Source of the DNA: Paragordius varius
Lineage: Eukaryota; Animalia; Nematomorpha
Assembly (NCBI GenBank): GCA_964247055.1
Contig: OZ176054.1
Coordinates: forward strand, 3,224,001 to 3,288,000
Reading direction: 5' to 3'
Length of the DNA stretch: 64,000 nt
Below, piece after piece: positions 37,385-50,300 of this stretch (the first letter of the stretch is position 1; each line of letters starts with the position of its first letter). The notes beneath the pieces were generated by a model. It worked only from the letters and a program-made list of their open reading frames with translations, was not told where the DNA came from and did no database searches. The position numbers and the translations under genes were made by a program.

Positions 37385-38539
37385 ATTATACGATTCAAAT
37401 TGGGGTATCTAAATACCTCAGACTATATTTGAGTTAGGATTTTTAAAAAACTGCTGAAGGAAACGGTCCTAATTTAAATTTATGCTACTATCCTATTAAA
37501 TTTATATAAATATGCCAAAATATCTAAATAAAATTTTGTTTTGAAAAAAAATTCCATGTCAAACTACTTCGACGCCATTTTTATTGTAAAAATTTTTTGC
37601 AAAATATCGTCTTCATTTAACACTTCGATTCAAATTGGGGTATCTAAATACCCCAGACTAAATTTAAATCAAAATTTTTAAAAAACTACTGAAGGAAACG
37701 GTCACAATTTGAATTTATGCTTCTATCCTGATAATTATTATATAAATATGCCAAAATATTTTGATAAAATTTTGTTTTGAAAAAAAGTTCCATCTCAAAC
37801 TACTTCGACGCCATTTTTATTTTACAAAAATTTTGCAAAATATCGTCTTCATTTAATTTTAAGGGTAAAACTAGAGCTTATTTTTTATATAAATTACATT
37901 TAACATTGATAGAAATAAAAAAAGCGGTTAATTTTGTATTATTTTTTAATTTTACAATTTGACACATGTCACGTTGACTAAATTTTTACCTTTCAGTTTT
38001 AGCTCAAAATAAGTAATATCAAGTATTTTTGAATAAAATTTTTTATATATTTCGGTTTATTAATGTTATATAAGTGCAAAATTTTGCCATGGTTTCGATT
38101 GCTTCCATACTTTGTAAAGTATTTGATTTTAAACAGGCCTGGGGTATCCAACTACCCCAATTCGAACGAAGGACTAAAATGAGTGTCTTGTATCCAAGTG
38201 TTAATATTAAGGGTAAAATTAAAACTAATATTTTTAAATTACATCTAACATTGTTAGAAATAGAAAAAGTGATTTATTTGTATTATTTTTCTATTTTACC
38301 ATGCTCACATGTCACGTTGACTAAATTACCTTTCGCTTTTTGCTTAAAATAAGTAATATCAAGTATTTTTAAATAAATTTTTTTTATATTTAGGTTTATT
38401 AATGTTATATAAGTGCAAGATTTTGCCATGGTTTCGATTCCTTTCATATGTTTTAAAAAAATTAAATTTAACCAGGCCTGGGGTATTTAACTACCCCAAT
38501 TTGAATCGAAGACTAAAATGAATGTGTTGTATCCAAGTG
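37385..38539 (+). mobile_element. piggyBac-like MITE, outer copy, split by a nested copy of itself
   Basis: A-A-B-B structure; right end CCAAGTG|TTAA; left end degenerate. Confidence 0.75.
37621..38200 (+). mobile_element. piggyBac-like MITE, inner copy (580 bp)
   Basis: TTAA|CACTT ... AAGTG|TTAA; internal inverted repeat TTCGATTCAAATTGGGGTATCTAAATACCCCAG with asymmetric spacers, as in piggyBac ends. Confidence 0.85.
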
Positions 38540-41500
38540 TTAATAAATCATAATTTGTTATCAAATATTTTTTGCAAATTTAAGCTACTAGGACAGGGTT
38601 GCTAACACAAATAGCTTTATGGATGGGATTTTGAAATCCGGTTGGCTTCATATAAAAACGCATCATTTTTTTCAAGTCCAAATATATACTAGGATTTTTT
38701 TTATAAAATTCAAGCACGAAAAAATAATCTATTTATTTTTGCAATATAAATAGTGCGACTGATATGGTTGATTCTAATGTAGTAAGTATATGGACAAACT
38801 ATTGTTAAAGATAAATTATTATTAACTAACCAAAAAACGATATATCGCTAGCTTATAATTTTCTCCTTTAAAAGTTTTGATTTGATTAACGCACACTTTA
38901 CTATTCCAATATATTCGAGAGAGTAGGAAAAAAAGACTTCCTGTTTCAATAATAAACAAAAGGATCTTAAGCCTAATTATTTTTTAAAAGACATATAAGA
39001 AAATAAGGTTCATTTCATATAATATAAAGATGGCTTAAACGTATATCTTCCGTTTGCGTTTTTACGCTTGGGCATAACATTTTTTATAGAAAAAACCACC
39101 ATCCCAAATAACTATTGTCGATACATGATGTTGCTCATATATCTGTGTTCATCAAAGTCAAAATTTTTTCATTATTTTTTTCTAAAAAAGATGTATTTTT
39201 TTAGATTGATCAGTGCGATTCTTTTGATAGGAAACCCCCTGTTTTTAGTTAACAAATCATCAAAATTCAAACAAGAGAGTATTACATTTTTTTAGGACAA
39301 TTGGGAAATAGTGTAGAAAAATTAATTAAAAGAATTAAAATTCCAATTGCAACGATTCTGAAAGCAGACACAATGAACTGCTTATTTAAAAGCTAAAGTC
39401 CTTAATTTATTGGTTATCAGCAAAAACCTTCCATATAAAATCTATAAAAGGGTAATATGGTGTGTATAAACGCATTTTTTGGCTCATAAATTAACCAGTA
39501 TCAAACAATTGATGCAGATTATTTTAATATCCTTAATTTTTATGAGTTTAAAGAATAAATTTAAGAAATTAATACTTTAAATCGGCCAAAATCATTTTAT
39601 TTTAATTATCTTTAGAAATTCAACGAATTTTTTCGCGGGCTGTTAACACCCTTGGATTGCATAAAACTGTTTGCATCGCAAGTAAAAGCGCAAAACTTTA
39701 CAAGAGGACTTTAAAAATTTATTTTCGATTTTTCAAAAAACTCAAAAAGAAAAATATCTGTCGATTTGATTTTCGGCGTCATATTAACATAGTTCATCTA
39801 AATTTTAAATAATTATATCACTAATTAAAAAAAGGTTTTAAAATTTTTTATGGCGGTTTTACAAAGTTCAAACACTTTATATCGCGAATGCTATACATCA
39901 AATTTCATAAAAATCGAGCAATTTATATTTTCACTAATTATTTTAAATAGGAAATATATGGTTACTTACTGTGAGATAAAAATGTTTTATAAAAAATTTA
40001 TATTATGTCATTTTTGAGGACTAGAAACTATTTGATTTGGGGCTTTAAATGCATCTTAAAAATTATATAAACCATTTTTCAATCAAAAGCAACACTTTTC
40101 CAAGCTAACGTACCAATTTTTCAAGCAAACGAAAATGGCACATCTTTAGATTTAGACACTATTACTTATCATCACATATTAGATAAAGTCTATGTCAAAA
40201 ATAATTTTTTTTGTATTAAAAAAAACAGTTTATCGAATATTGAAAATGGAAAAAACTTATTCCTTCAGTAAGTTAATAACTAAAATTTTTTTCATCCTAA
40301 GATCTATTTTATTTAAATGTTTCAGCATCATGTATTAGACTGAAATGTTCGAAATGATTTTTATTTAACCACTTTATATCAGATTTCGAAAGTTTAACGA
40401 GCCTTTTTACTTATAACATAGGGATGATAAATAACTAGGCAATTATTATGGATGAGTAGTAAATTTATCAGTTTTGATACTTTTATACATATCATGATTC
40501 CATATTGTAATATAATAATGGGAAATAGTTAATTACCTGCATATTTAAATCGGAATTTCGAATTTTTATTCAATAGCTCCCATAATTTCACTAAATTTAT
40601 CATATACCCAAAAAACAGAGTATATTATAAGGATTTTAGCTGCTATTTCATAAGATTTTGTCGTTTTTATAAGTAAAACTTTTTTTAACCTTAATAAGTT
40701 TCATAACAATAGAAAAAAACTTAAAAGTTACATATAGATATAATTATTTTTATATGACAATATATGATGATGACCTTGTACCATTGTTGCGTAAAAGTTA
40801 CATTGTTTTCTATATATTTTTATGAATCGTTGCGTTGCATTTTTTAGTATTATTATAAAAAATATCAATATATTTTTGGCAAACTTTCAAATATGGTATG
40901 AAAATAACATACATGTAAATATAAATATATTAAACAAAAAGATTAATTTTAAATTAATAAAGTATACTTAGTAGCACTGCTCTATCCCGCATGAGAGGCT
41001 TAATATTTTGAATTTTTAAAATACCCTACATTTCATACTTTAAATATGAAATTAAAAACTTGTCAACAAAATTACGTTAAATTTACATTTAAATTTGCAT
41101 ATCAACCATCAGGAAAAAACTTTTTCCAAAGATATAATCAGTTGGATTCTCAAAAATATCTCATCACTGAAATGATATTTGAAAACTTTAGGATTTTCAC
41201 CCTCGACTAAAACTGAAAATAAAATACCATTTTTATTGTTGGCCGATAAGATAATTTATTATGATGGGCCATAAATGGCTAGCATAAAAATGTAACAGTC
41301 CAACAACACATTTTCTAAAAAAATTTACTCAAAGTCTAGATTTTCATGACTTACTTTTACAGGAAAAGGGACTAAATTAGGAGTTAACTTAATAAAACGT
41401 ACAACTTAGGAGCAACTTTCAATAAGTTGATTTAATTGAACATATTATACCCATTTGCTCTAAACGCGATTTTTGGAAACTATACTCTTCAATAGACCTG

Positions 41501-41768
41501 TTTTACATGTGATGTATAGGGTTAAGGTTATATTTAAAAAAGCGCACTATATTCTACGCATATTAAATATCTAAGAAAGAATTAAATGGTTTCAACTTTT
41601 TAGACTGCCTACAATAGCACATCTGGTCGATAAAAAATGACCTAAATAAAAATTGGTGTTTTAACTAATAATGTGCACTAAGGCATGTATAGAATCTAGC
41701 ATATTTAGATCAATTAAAATTTTAGAATTTAATGATGCTTTTAGTTTTGGTTTATTATGCCATTAAAA

Positions 41769-42033
41769 GTACAAATTCACTCTTAAACAATTCAAATTCA
41801 CCCTCGAACAATTCAAATTCACCCTCAAAAATTATATGTTTTTTAAGATTAAATATACCCATATTTTAAAAATCAACTATGCCATAAAGATATATTTCAT
41901 ATTAATTAGGAGTTATATTAATTCTATAAAGCATAATTTATTTTTAGGGTGAATTTGAAATGATTAAGGGTTAATTTGAATTGTTCGAGGGTGAATTTGA
42001 TTTGTTAAAGGGTAAATTGAATTGTAAATGGTA
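41769..42033. mobile_element. TA-flanked MITE with subterminal 21-bp AACAATTCAAATTCACCC repeats (left end eroded)
   Basis: Inverted arrays of the 21-mer; right end TGTAAATGGTA|TA. Confidence 0.7.
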
Positions 42034-42294
42034 TATATGGGTAGGTCCGAACATGCATTTATCACTGTAACCTCTTTCAAACCCTCTCTAACATATGTTT
42101 AAAATATAAAAAATAATTAATATAGAAATTTTTACTTGCCCATACTCACAAATTTAAATTCCAAAAAATTCAATTAATTGGTAGCTTTATATTCTCTGTA
42201 TTTTTCATAAGAGGACACCCGAGCTTTAAGTTTCTGGTTCGAATTTCAACTTAAAATACAAATTGCTTTTTTGATTAGCAAAATATTGAAATGT

Positions 42295-42418
42295 TCATTT
42301 CAGTCCTTTGATTCAAATTGAGGTAGTTGGTTACTCCAGGCCTGTTTAAAATTAAATTCTTTAAAAAATATGGAAGGTATCGAAACCATAGCAAAGTGTT
42401 GCACTTATATAACATTAA
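42295..42418 (-). mobile_element. Truncated piggyBac-like MITE fragment, the target of the adjacent full copy
   Basis: Repeats the B-end of the element up to its internal TTAA. Confidence 0.6.
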
Positions 42419-42987
42419 CACTTGGATACAACACATTCATTTTAGTCCTTCGATTCAAATTGGGGTAGTTAGATACCCCAGGCCTGTTTAAAATTAAATT
42501 CTTTAAAAAATATGGAAGGAATCGAAACCATGGCAAGATTTTGCACTTAGAAAACATTGATAAACCGAAATACATAAAAATTTTTATTTAAAAATACTTA
42601 ATTTTACTTATTTTAAGCTAAATCCGAAAGGTAAAAATTTAGTCAACATGACATGTGAGCAATGGTAAAATTGAAAAATAATACAAAATAAACCGCTTTT
42701 TCTGTTTCTATCAATGTTAGATGTAATTTAAATTAGCTTTAATTTTATTCTTAAAATTAAATGAAGACAATATTTGCAAAAATTTTAAATATAAAAATGG
42801 CGTCGAAGTAGTTTGACATAAAACTTGTTTTTTTCAAAACGAAATGTTATTTAGATATTTTGGCATATTATAATCCTTATTGGGATAGAAGCATTTTAAA
42901 TTAGGACCGTTTCCTTCAGTAGTTTTTTAAAAATCCTAACTCAAATTTAGTCTAGGGTATTTAGATAACCCAATTTGAATCGAAGTG
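42419..42987 (-). mobile_element. piggyBac-like MITE, complete copy (569 bp)
   Basis: TTAA|CACTTGGATAC ... TCGAAGTG|TTAA; reverse-collinear with 37621-38200. Confidence 0.85.
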
Positions 42988-43842
42988 TTAATAATGAATT
43001 TTGAAGGTATATAAAGGTTGCATATAAATGTCCCACCAATTAAAAAAACTAAAATACGAGTATTCTTTAAGAGATTTTAATAAAAGCGGCTGTTTAAAAT
43101 GAAAAGATTTATCAATAGCGCGTATTATCAGAATTTGTCGGAAAAGAACATTGAAAAAAATTACAATGGATATAGAAGGGATAAAAAGTATATTATCGTT
43201 AAACTTAATGTTTATATATATGCTAAAATATTCCAAATTTGCTTTTTACCAAAAAACCCTTAAACATTTATATTTGACTTAAATATTTAATATTTATATA
43301 ATATTAATTTCTTATTAAAAATTTATTTTTTCCACAATAAAACCTAGTAATGATTGCATAATGTACTAAATAAGATATAATTATATAATATACAATAAAC
43401 AATCCGGGCAAACTTAAATTCTCCCAAAAATTATCATTTCATAATAAATAAATATCTGCTATTGGCATGATGACTCAATGATATCCATTCGTTTTAGAAC
43501 GGACAGAATGATTAGTTTCCCATTTTGATTTCACTCCTGATCCTAGATCACTGGAAGGATCAAATAATTTTATTTTACCTAATATTAATATAATTATAGA
43601 GTGAAATTTCAATGTTAAAAAAATTTGATTATAAATATATCAAAATGTTTTTCTTTTGGAATTTGGCAAAATTTTGTAAAAGCTAACATCACATAGATGA
43701 AAAAGAGAACCCAAAAAAAATTATAAAACAAAAATATAATGTAAGATAGTTGCTTATATTTTTCATTTAAATAGAGTATTCTTTTTTTTTTTTAAAAAGA
43801 TCATTTATACAATATTTAAAATCTATAAATATTAATTAATTT

Positions 43843-46800
43843 TTAGGAACCATGATCAACGTCAGTCGTGGTGGAGGATAAACTTGGTGACCGGGATCTG
43901 AGAAAAGTACGATGGTTATGCTCAACACTAAATCAAAAATTTTGTGTAAATAAATAGAAATATTGAACAATTTATTCTGCATTCTTTTATAAGCATTTAA
44001 CTAATTAGCATTTCACTGTAAATTTTTTTTCACGAGTCAACTTATGACCAGCGAATACATTTAAAGTAAAAAATTTTTATTTAAAGACGACTTAGTTTTT
44101 GTAATAATGTGAAAAAACCAAAATTGGGCAAAAAGTGAAAATTAAGGATAATTAAAAAAATAATGATAAAACTTGAGATATTATGATTTATTCTCATTAT
44201 AGCAGATATTTAAAATTTTTAAATAGCCTTAAATCTTATAGTTAGGGTTTTTATTAAAACTCCAATCAAAAAATAGCGTTTTTCTTTTAACTAACTTAAA
44301 GACAAAAATTTTTTTATAACACTATATTAAAAGTTTTTAATTATTTACTAGCTAAACTCACTATGAAAATCGTAACATTCCTATTTCATCCGTAAAAAAA
44401 CCTATGTATCAAAATAAAACTAAAAAATAAGTGTTGTTTTTGTCATCTGGTTTATGGTATAAAAAATTTACTGTTTTATTTTGGAATCCTACATGGACAG
44501 GAATTTGAAGTATATAAAAATAAACAAATTATGATTTATAGTAGTTGGAATATCAACCAACAACGTATAAATTCCTGTAAGAACTCTGTTTTAAGACAAA
44601 TTTACAATTTTACTGGGATGTGTACGGAATTTCGGTTGATATTCTAATACATGCAAATCCTTTTTTGTATAAATTTTCTCTTTAACTCTCGCTCATGTAA
44701 TATACCAAAATAAAACAGTAATTATTTTATTCATAAAACAGATGACATAAAAATAAAAAACAATATTTTTTTAGTTAATAATATATGAATACTTTTATAT
44801 TCATAAAAATTTTTTGTTTTTTACGTTAATGGGAAAACGTGATTTTTTGAACTAAATTTTTATAAAAACCTTAACTATATGATTTTACTATTTATAAATT
44901 GTAAATATCTGCTAAAATGATAACAAACCATAATATCTCATATTTTATCATTATTTTTTATCATTATCCTTAATTTTTACTTGTTGCCCAATTTTAATTT
45001 TCTCTTTAGGTTTCAACTAGGTCGTTAATAAATAAAAAATTTTGCGGCAAATGAATTCGCTGGTCATAAGCTATTCCATGAAAAAAATTTTATTGTTAAA
45101 AAAATCAACCCTTTTTTTGCACACAGTGTAATATGAAAATTATACAAGATAGCCAAAAATTATTTAGACAATGATTTTTGATTTATTAACTAAAACTTTA
45201 AAAATTATATAATGCTTAATGAACCTTAAACCATCTGTTTCCGCTACTATACTTATTAAAAATAGCGTATTACACTGCGGAATGAAATCCTTAAACTCAA
45301 CTAATCTAACCTTCTACAATCTATTTAAATGTTACCCATTGATTGATGGAGAGACATGTTTAGTTTCTTTAGTTTCAAGACGATCTATATGAGTTAGTTC
45401 AGGGGTATCCGAATGATTATTCTGATAATGTCCATTTTGTCCATTTGCAGTATTTAATTTTCGTATTCGTTTACGTCGACGACCATTAGATAATATGTGT
45501 TCATCAGCTAAACAGACAGATTCTTCTTTCGAAGGGGATGATGGTGTAGCCAATCTAAATTCCAAAGAATGGCCATTTTTCACTCTGGAATCAGAAGCTA
45601 AATTTTCTTGATTGATTGAATTTTGTAGCATAGATTTGTCGGTAAGACTATTTTGATATTCAGTGGAGGCAGTGTCTTCAATAAATTTTTTCCATCTTGG
45701 GTGTTTACCTAATTGGATTTGTTTATGTGTTAATGTCCATGTTTCGAAAAAACAATTATTAATAACCAAAAAGATGTCCCTTTAACCTAAAAATTCAAAG
45801 ACAAAATTCTACATTGCATATTTCAGAATTAGATGCACCTATAAAAGCAGTTTTTATGTTGTACCCAAGTTTCACCGCAAACAAATCCGGTTAGGATAAT
45901 TTCAAATTTTAAGCAGGTTTTTAGAAATTTTAAAACAAGGGTGGTCAACGCAAACAGCTTCACGGGCCGTATTCAACAAATATTATTAAATATTGTATTT
46001 TCCAAACATAAAATTATAAAATGTAATTGTTCGTTGTTTATATGATTTAAGTTAATTTGTTGTCAATCGGAAATATTCATTCTGAAATTTGTTGAGGAAG
46101 TATAAATTTTATTAATATTTTGGTGGCAAAAAAGAAATTGTGTAATTTTTCAAAATTTACGCGGGCTATAATATCTAGGAAGACCGCATGTTAGATACCC
46201 CTCTTCTAAAACAAAACGCAATGAATAATTAATCAATCAAGAGAGACGTCAATATATATCATTTACAATTCCAATTCACCCTCGAACAATCACTCAAATA
46301 AATTATATGTCTTTTAAGATTAAAACTTAGCTACATATTATTAAAAAATGAAATTTTGTTTTAAACCAAAATATTATTGAAAAAATAATAAAGTAGGCCA
46401 TAAAGATTTATTTCATATTAATAATGAGTTATAATATTAGTAGTTCGAAAACACATTAATTTATTTTTAGAATGAATAATTTGAATACTGTATATAGTAT
46501 ATATATATATATTACCCAAAGACAAAGGGTAATGTTGAGATGCCCCCATATTTAGCGTATTTCCATCACTGAGTGTTGAACTGGCTGAACTACTTCTTGA
46601 GGTTTCATCCTCGCTTGAACTACTGCTACTGCTGCTAGAGGAAGACGACCCGCTGGCTGACATTGTTGTGAGTTGACATAAAGCTTGAGTACTGGTATAA
46701 TGGCCATACCTATAAAATGTAAAAAATTCAAATTACCATTGATTATAAAGACGACCCTTTGACGCAAAAAAGTAAGAAAATAATAGTTTAAAATATCGGA

Positions 46801-47301
46801 AACGACTTTTTAATCTTTGGATTACCGTTGTGAAACACAACAAAATGATAAATGTCTGATTAGAGTTTTTATAACAAAAAGCCTGGGTAGCTGAATACGG
46901 TCCACATCTATAAAGACTTAAATTATTATAAAGATAAAACGCAAAAAAGTAGAAGGATTATAAATTCTTATTTGGATAACCATTGAGAAACGAAAAGATA
47001 GATACTAAATACATGTAATCTGAAGTCATAAGCATTTTTAATGCGAACAAAAAATAATGTACCCTTTATAAATACGCTTTTACCCAAGTTCAAATGCTAA
47101 AAACCGGTGGCAAAACGGTCATAATCAGTTATTTTGCTATTATTAATTAAAATTTTAAACCAGAATTTTATAATCATGTTATATGCGTTTAGAATGTATT
47201 GTTTCTATATGAAAAAGGCCATTTGCATATCTATATTAGGAGTATCCAACACAAATGGCTTCGCGGGCCGCATTTTGTCGAAAAAACTAGCAGGCCTCAT
47301 T

Positions 47302-47335
<34 letters not shown>

Positions 47336-50300
47336 TAATACTTTATCAGACGACTTCAAACATAAGACTGTAAAATGCCAAACATAATACAACACAATTT
47401 TACTAAGATTTTATTTACAAGTTTTAGCAAATAATGTCGGCGCAAATTTTTCGCGGGCCGCACATAAGGTATCTCGGAGGGCCGTGTGTTGGACACTCCT
47501 GGTCTATACCAATAATACAAATGATGAGCGTTTGTTACCAAAAAATAATGAAAATTATATGGTGAGACTTACAACTATATATTTTAAATATTGCTAGATA
47601 GCATATATAGCAAAGAGCATTATTATTGGTGAATAGCTATAAAAGTAAATTTTTAAAAAAAATGTATTAAATTTAAAATATTTAACAGTTTAAACGATAT
47701 AAACCGACCTAAATGTATTTTTCACAGTTAAAATTGGTCAACTATACAAATACTAATGGAATATTTGTATCCGATGTAATTACTCATAAAAAAACATTAC
47801 TTTGCGGTATAATAATTAATATTTCAAATGTTGATATCATGTTTTCGTTCGGTAGAAAATTAAATAATAAACATGGTTTTAGTAAAAGAGATAATTAAAC
47901 ATAATGTTACATAAAAAATGGTAAAAAAATTGAAATTCACCCTCATTTACACATACGCATTTGAAATATTTCCACACAATATATTACCTTTCACACCTGG
48001 CATTTTTATCGCCATTTATAATTTTTCCATTTTCCAAGTTAGAGTCAACACCATTATATTTAGATGATCTTCTATTGTTATTATCGGAACCATTGTTAAG
48101 TTTTCGATAATTTGCGTCACCATTTTGCAATAAAATTCCATCATCGTTTTCATTGTGATGATTATGAATTTTAAGTAAGGCTAAACTTCGATCTGGCATA
48201 CGGTCAATTTGATCGGCCATTGCTGCGATATCGGGTCTATAAGCCTATAATATTGGTGGGTACATAAATTAAAAATATTTTTTGATTAAAAAATTTAATT
48301 ATTAACATTATAATTTGCTATACAAGATTTTTTCGAAGAAAGAAACAAAAAAATTAAGATTTGCTTAATTAACACGATTCTAAAACTGTTTTGGGTCTTA
48401 TATAACTCTGTGAAGCGAAATTGGAATTTGAATACAAAATCGTAAAAATTAATGCCGATCGCTTGTGAAGATAATAAAAATTTCATCTAAATCAACGAGC
48501 ATGTATGTTTTTGAAAACAAAAATTATTATACAAATATAATTTTAAATATATAAACCTTGTTTTAAATTGTGTAATTATTACTATAAAGATTATAAAAAA
48601 TACATCAACAAAGACCATTTAAAGGCATTTTAATAATTGTACCTTCATAAAATTTAAAAAGAAAACCAATTGATTTATTATGAGTTCACTAAAAACTCAC
48701 AGAATAATTATATACCTTTAAAGTCGAATACCATTTCCTGGCCAATTTGGGTCGACCTTTGAGAGTTTTAACCCAAACGACAGGAAAATTAACCGAGGAA
48801 GCAAAGTTTTGCGTGACAGCTACTGTGAAATCAAGATTCATAACTACATGCCACCACCCAGAAGGGACAAATATAGTTTCCCCAGGTTTTTGAATACATT
48901 CAATCTAAAAATGATTATATTTAACAAAAAAATGCGCAAAAGTTAATCGCTAAATAATGTGTAAATCAGTCATAAAAAGAGCCTATTACATAAAATTTAC
49001 ATTTAAAGAAATAAAATGTAAATAGATAATGAAAAATTGTATCTTTACACTTAATTAATTGTAAAAAGACGAAAAATAAATATTTTTATGTAATTTATAT
49101 ATACTCACAGGCTTATATTGGGTAGGCCAATCAGGTTTTTGGGTTCTCGGGTAGATAACATTAAACCATGTAATGGCTTCTCCTTTATTCTTTTTATTTT
49201 CAGTCGATTTTACTTTAACCAATTCTTTGGGTGTATTGGGTGGGAAGAGGCACCATCTATAGTTTAAAATAAAATTTAAAGGTTTAAATAAATAAAAAAT
49301 ATCTTGTAGACCTCATTTTCATTTTTATTAATATTAGTATAAAATCGATAAATTTTCATCCTCATCAATAAAATATGCTAAATACTATCCATGAATTTTT
49401 ACATCTAAAATCAAACCTACCAAATATATAACCATTCTCCCCTTAAATTCTGAATATTTAATCACAAAACCATCATTATAATATTCAGTATAATTAAACT
49501 TGCAAGCCGAAATAATTAAATTACATTTTTAGCACCAAACAACATCATCATCTATTTTAATATTCGGTATAAAAAAACTACACAAAAGACTAAAATTATT
49601 TTATTTTTCAAAATTTCGCAATAAAAGAAACAAAGTAAAAAACCGTTTATGTCCCTTAATTAGAGCATTCCAAGCCGAAGTGCCCAACGGGTCAATATGA
49701 ATTCCGGTTCCAGATCGCGCCGGGCCAATGACTATCCAACGGTAGGGCGGTCTTCTCCGATCACTCGTATATTTGAATAAATCATCATCGCGAAAGTAGG
49801 ATGGCACCTCAAAATCTTGCAGCAAACACACTTTTTTACCTTGCTTAAATAGGAGGAAAAAGGATGAAAATATTATATTATAAAAGAGTCAAAAAATCAT
49901 TATATAGAAAATTCTTGTAACATTAATAAAGTGAATGTGGATTTCATAATGCATACTTATCAGGTGTATTCAAAATTTATTACCGGTTTAATTAAAAGAC
50001 GACGGCAGATAAAGTATGCAGACGATTAATTTAATACACACCCGAATTCGTTCATCTGACATTAACCGACAAACACATACAAGTTGAATTTACCAAAAAA
50101 TAGTGGCTTTTTTATAATTCAATAATTATGTCTTTGTGCCTGAAAAGAAATTTTTGGGATACGATCGCTATCGAAAAAAAAAGCTGTTATAAGTTATTGT
50201 TTGCGGGAAGAAAAATTGGCAAACATGCTCCCTTGATTAACACGTGTGAAAGTGGTTTCGAAATTTTAATGTCATTTCACTAAAAGAATAAGGGCGGTCT

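Noticed and set aside
37777-38352. ORFs 37777-37962 and 38074-38352
   Set aside because: They lie within the non-coding piggyBac-like MITE and use TTG/GTG starts.
38600-43800. Hidden gene in the EXOG-JMJD6 intergenic region (ORFs 39068-39295 and 42988-43236)
   Set aside because: Low-complexity hydrophobic translations with no motifs or phase-consistent exon chain that I could find; the region is mostly eroded repeats.
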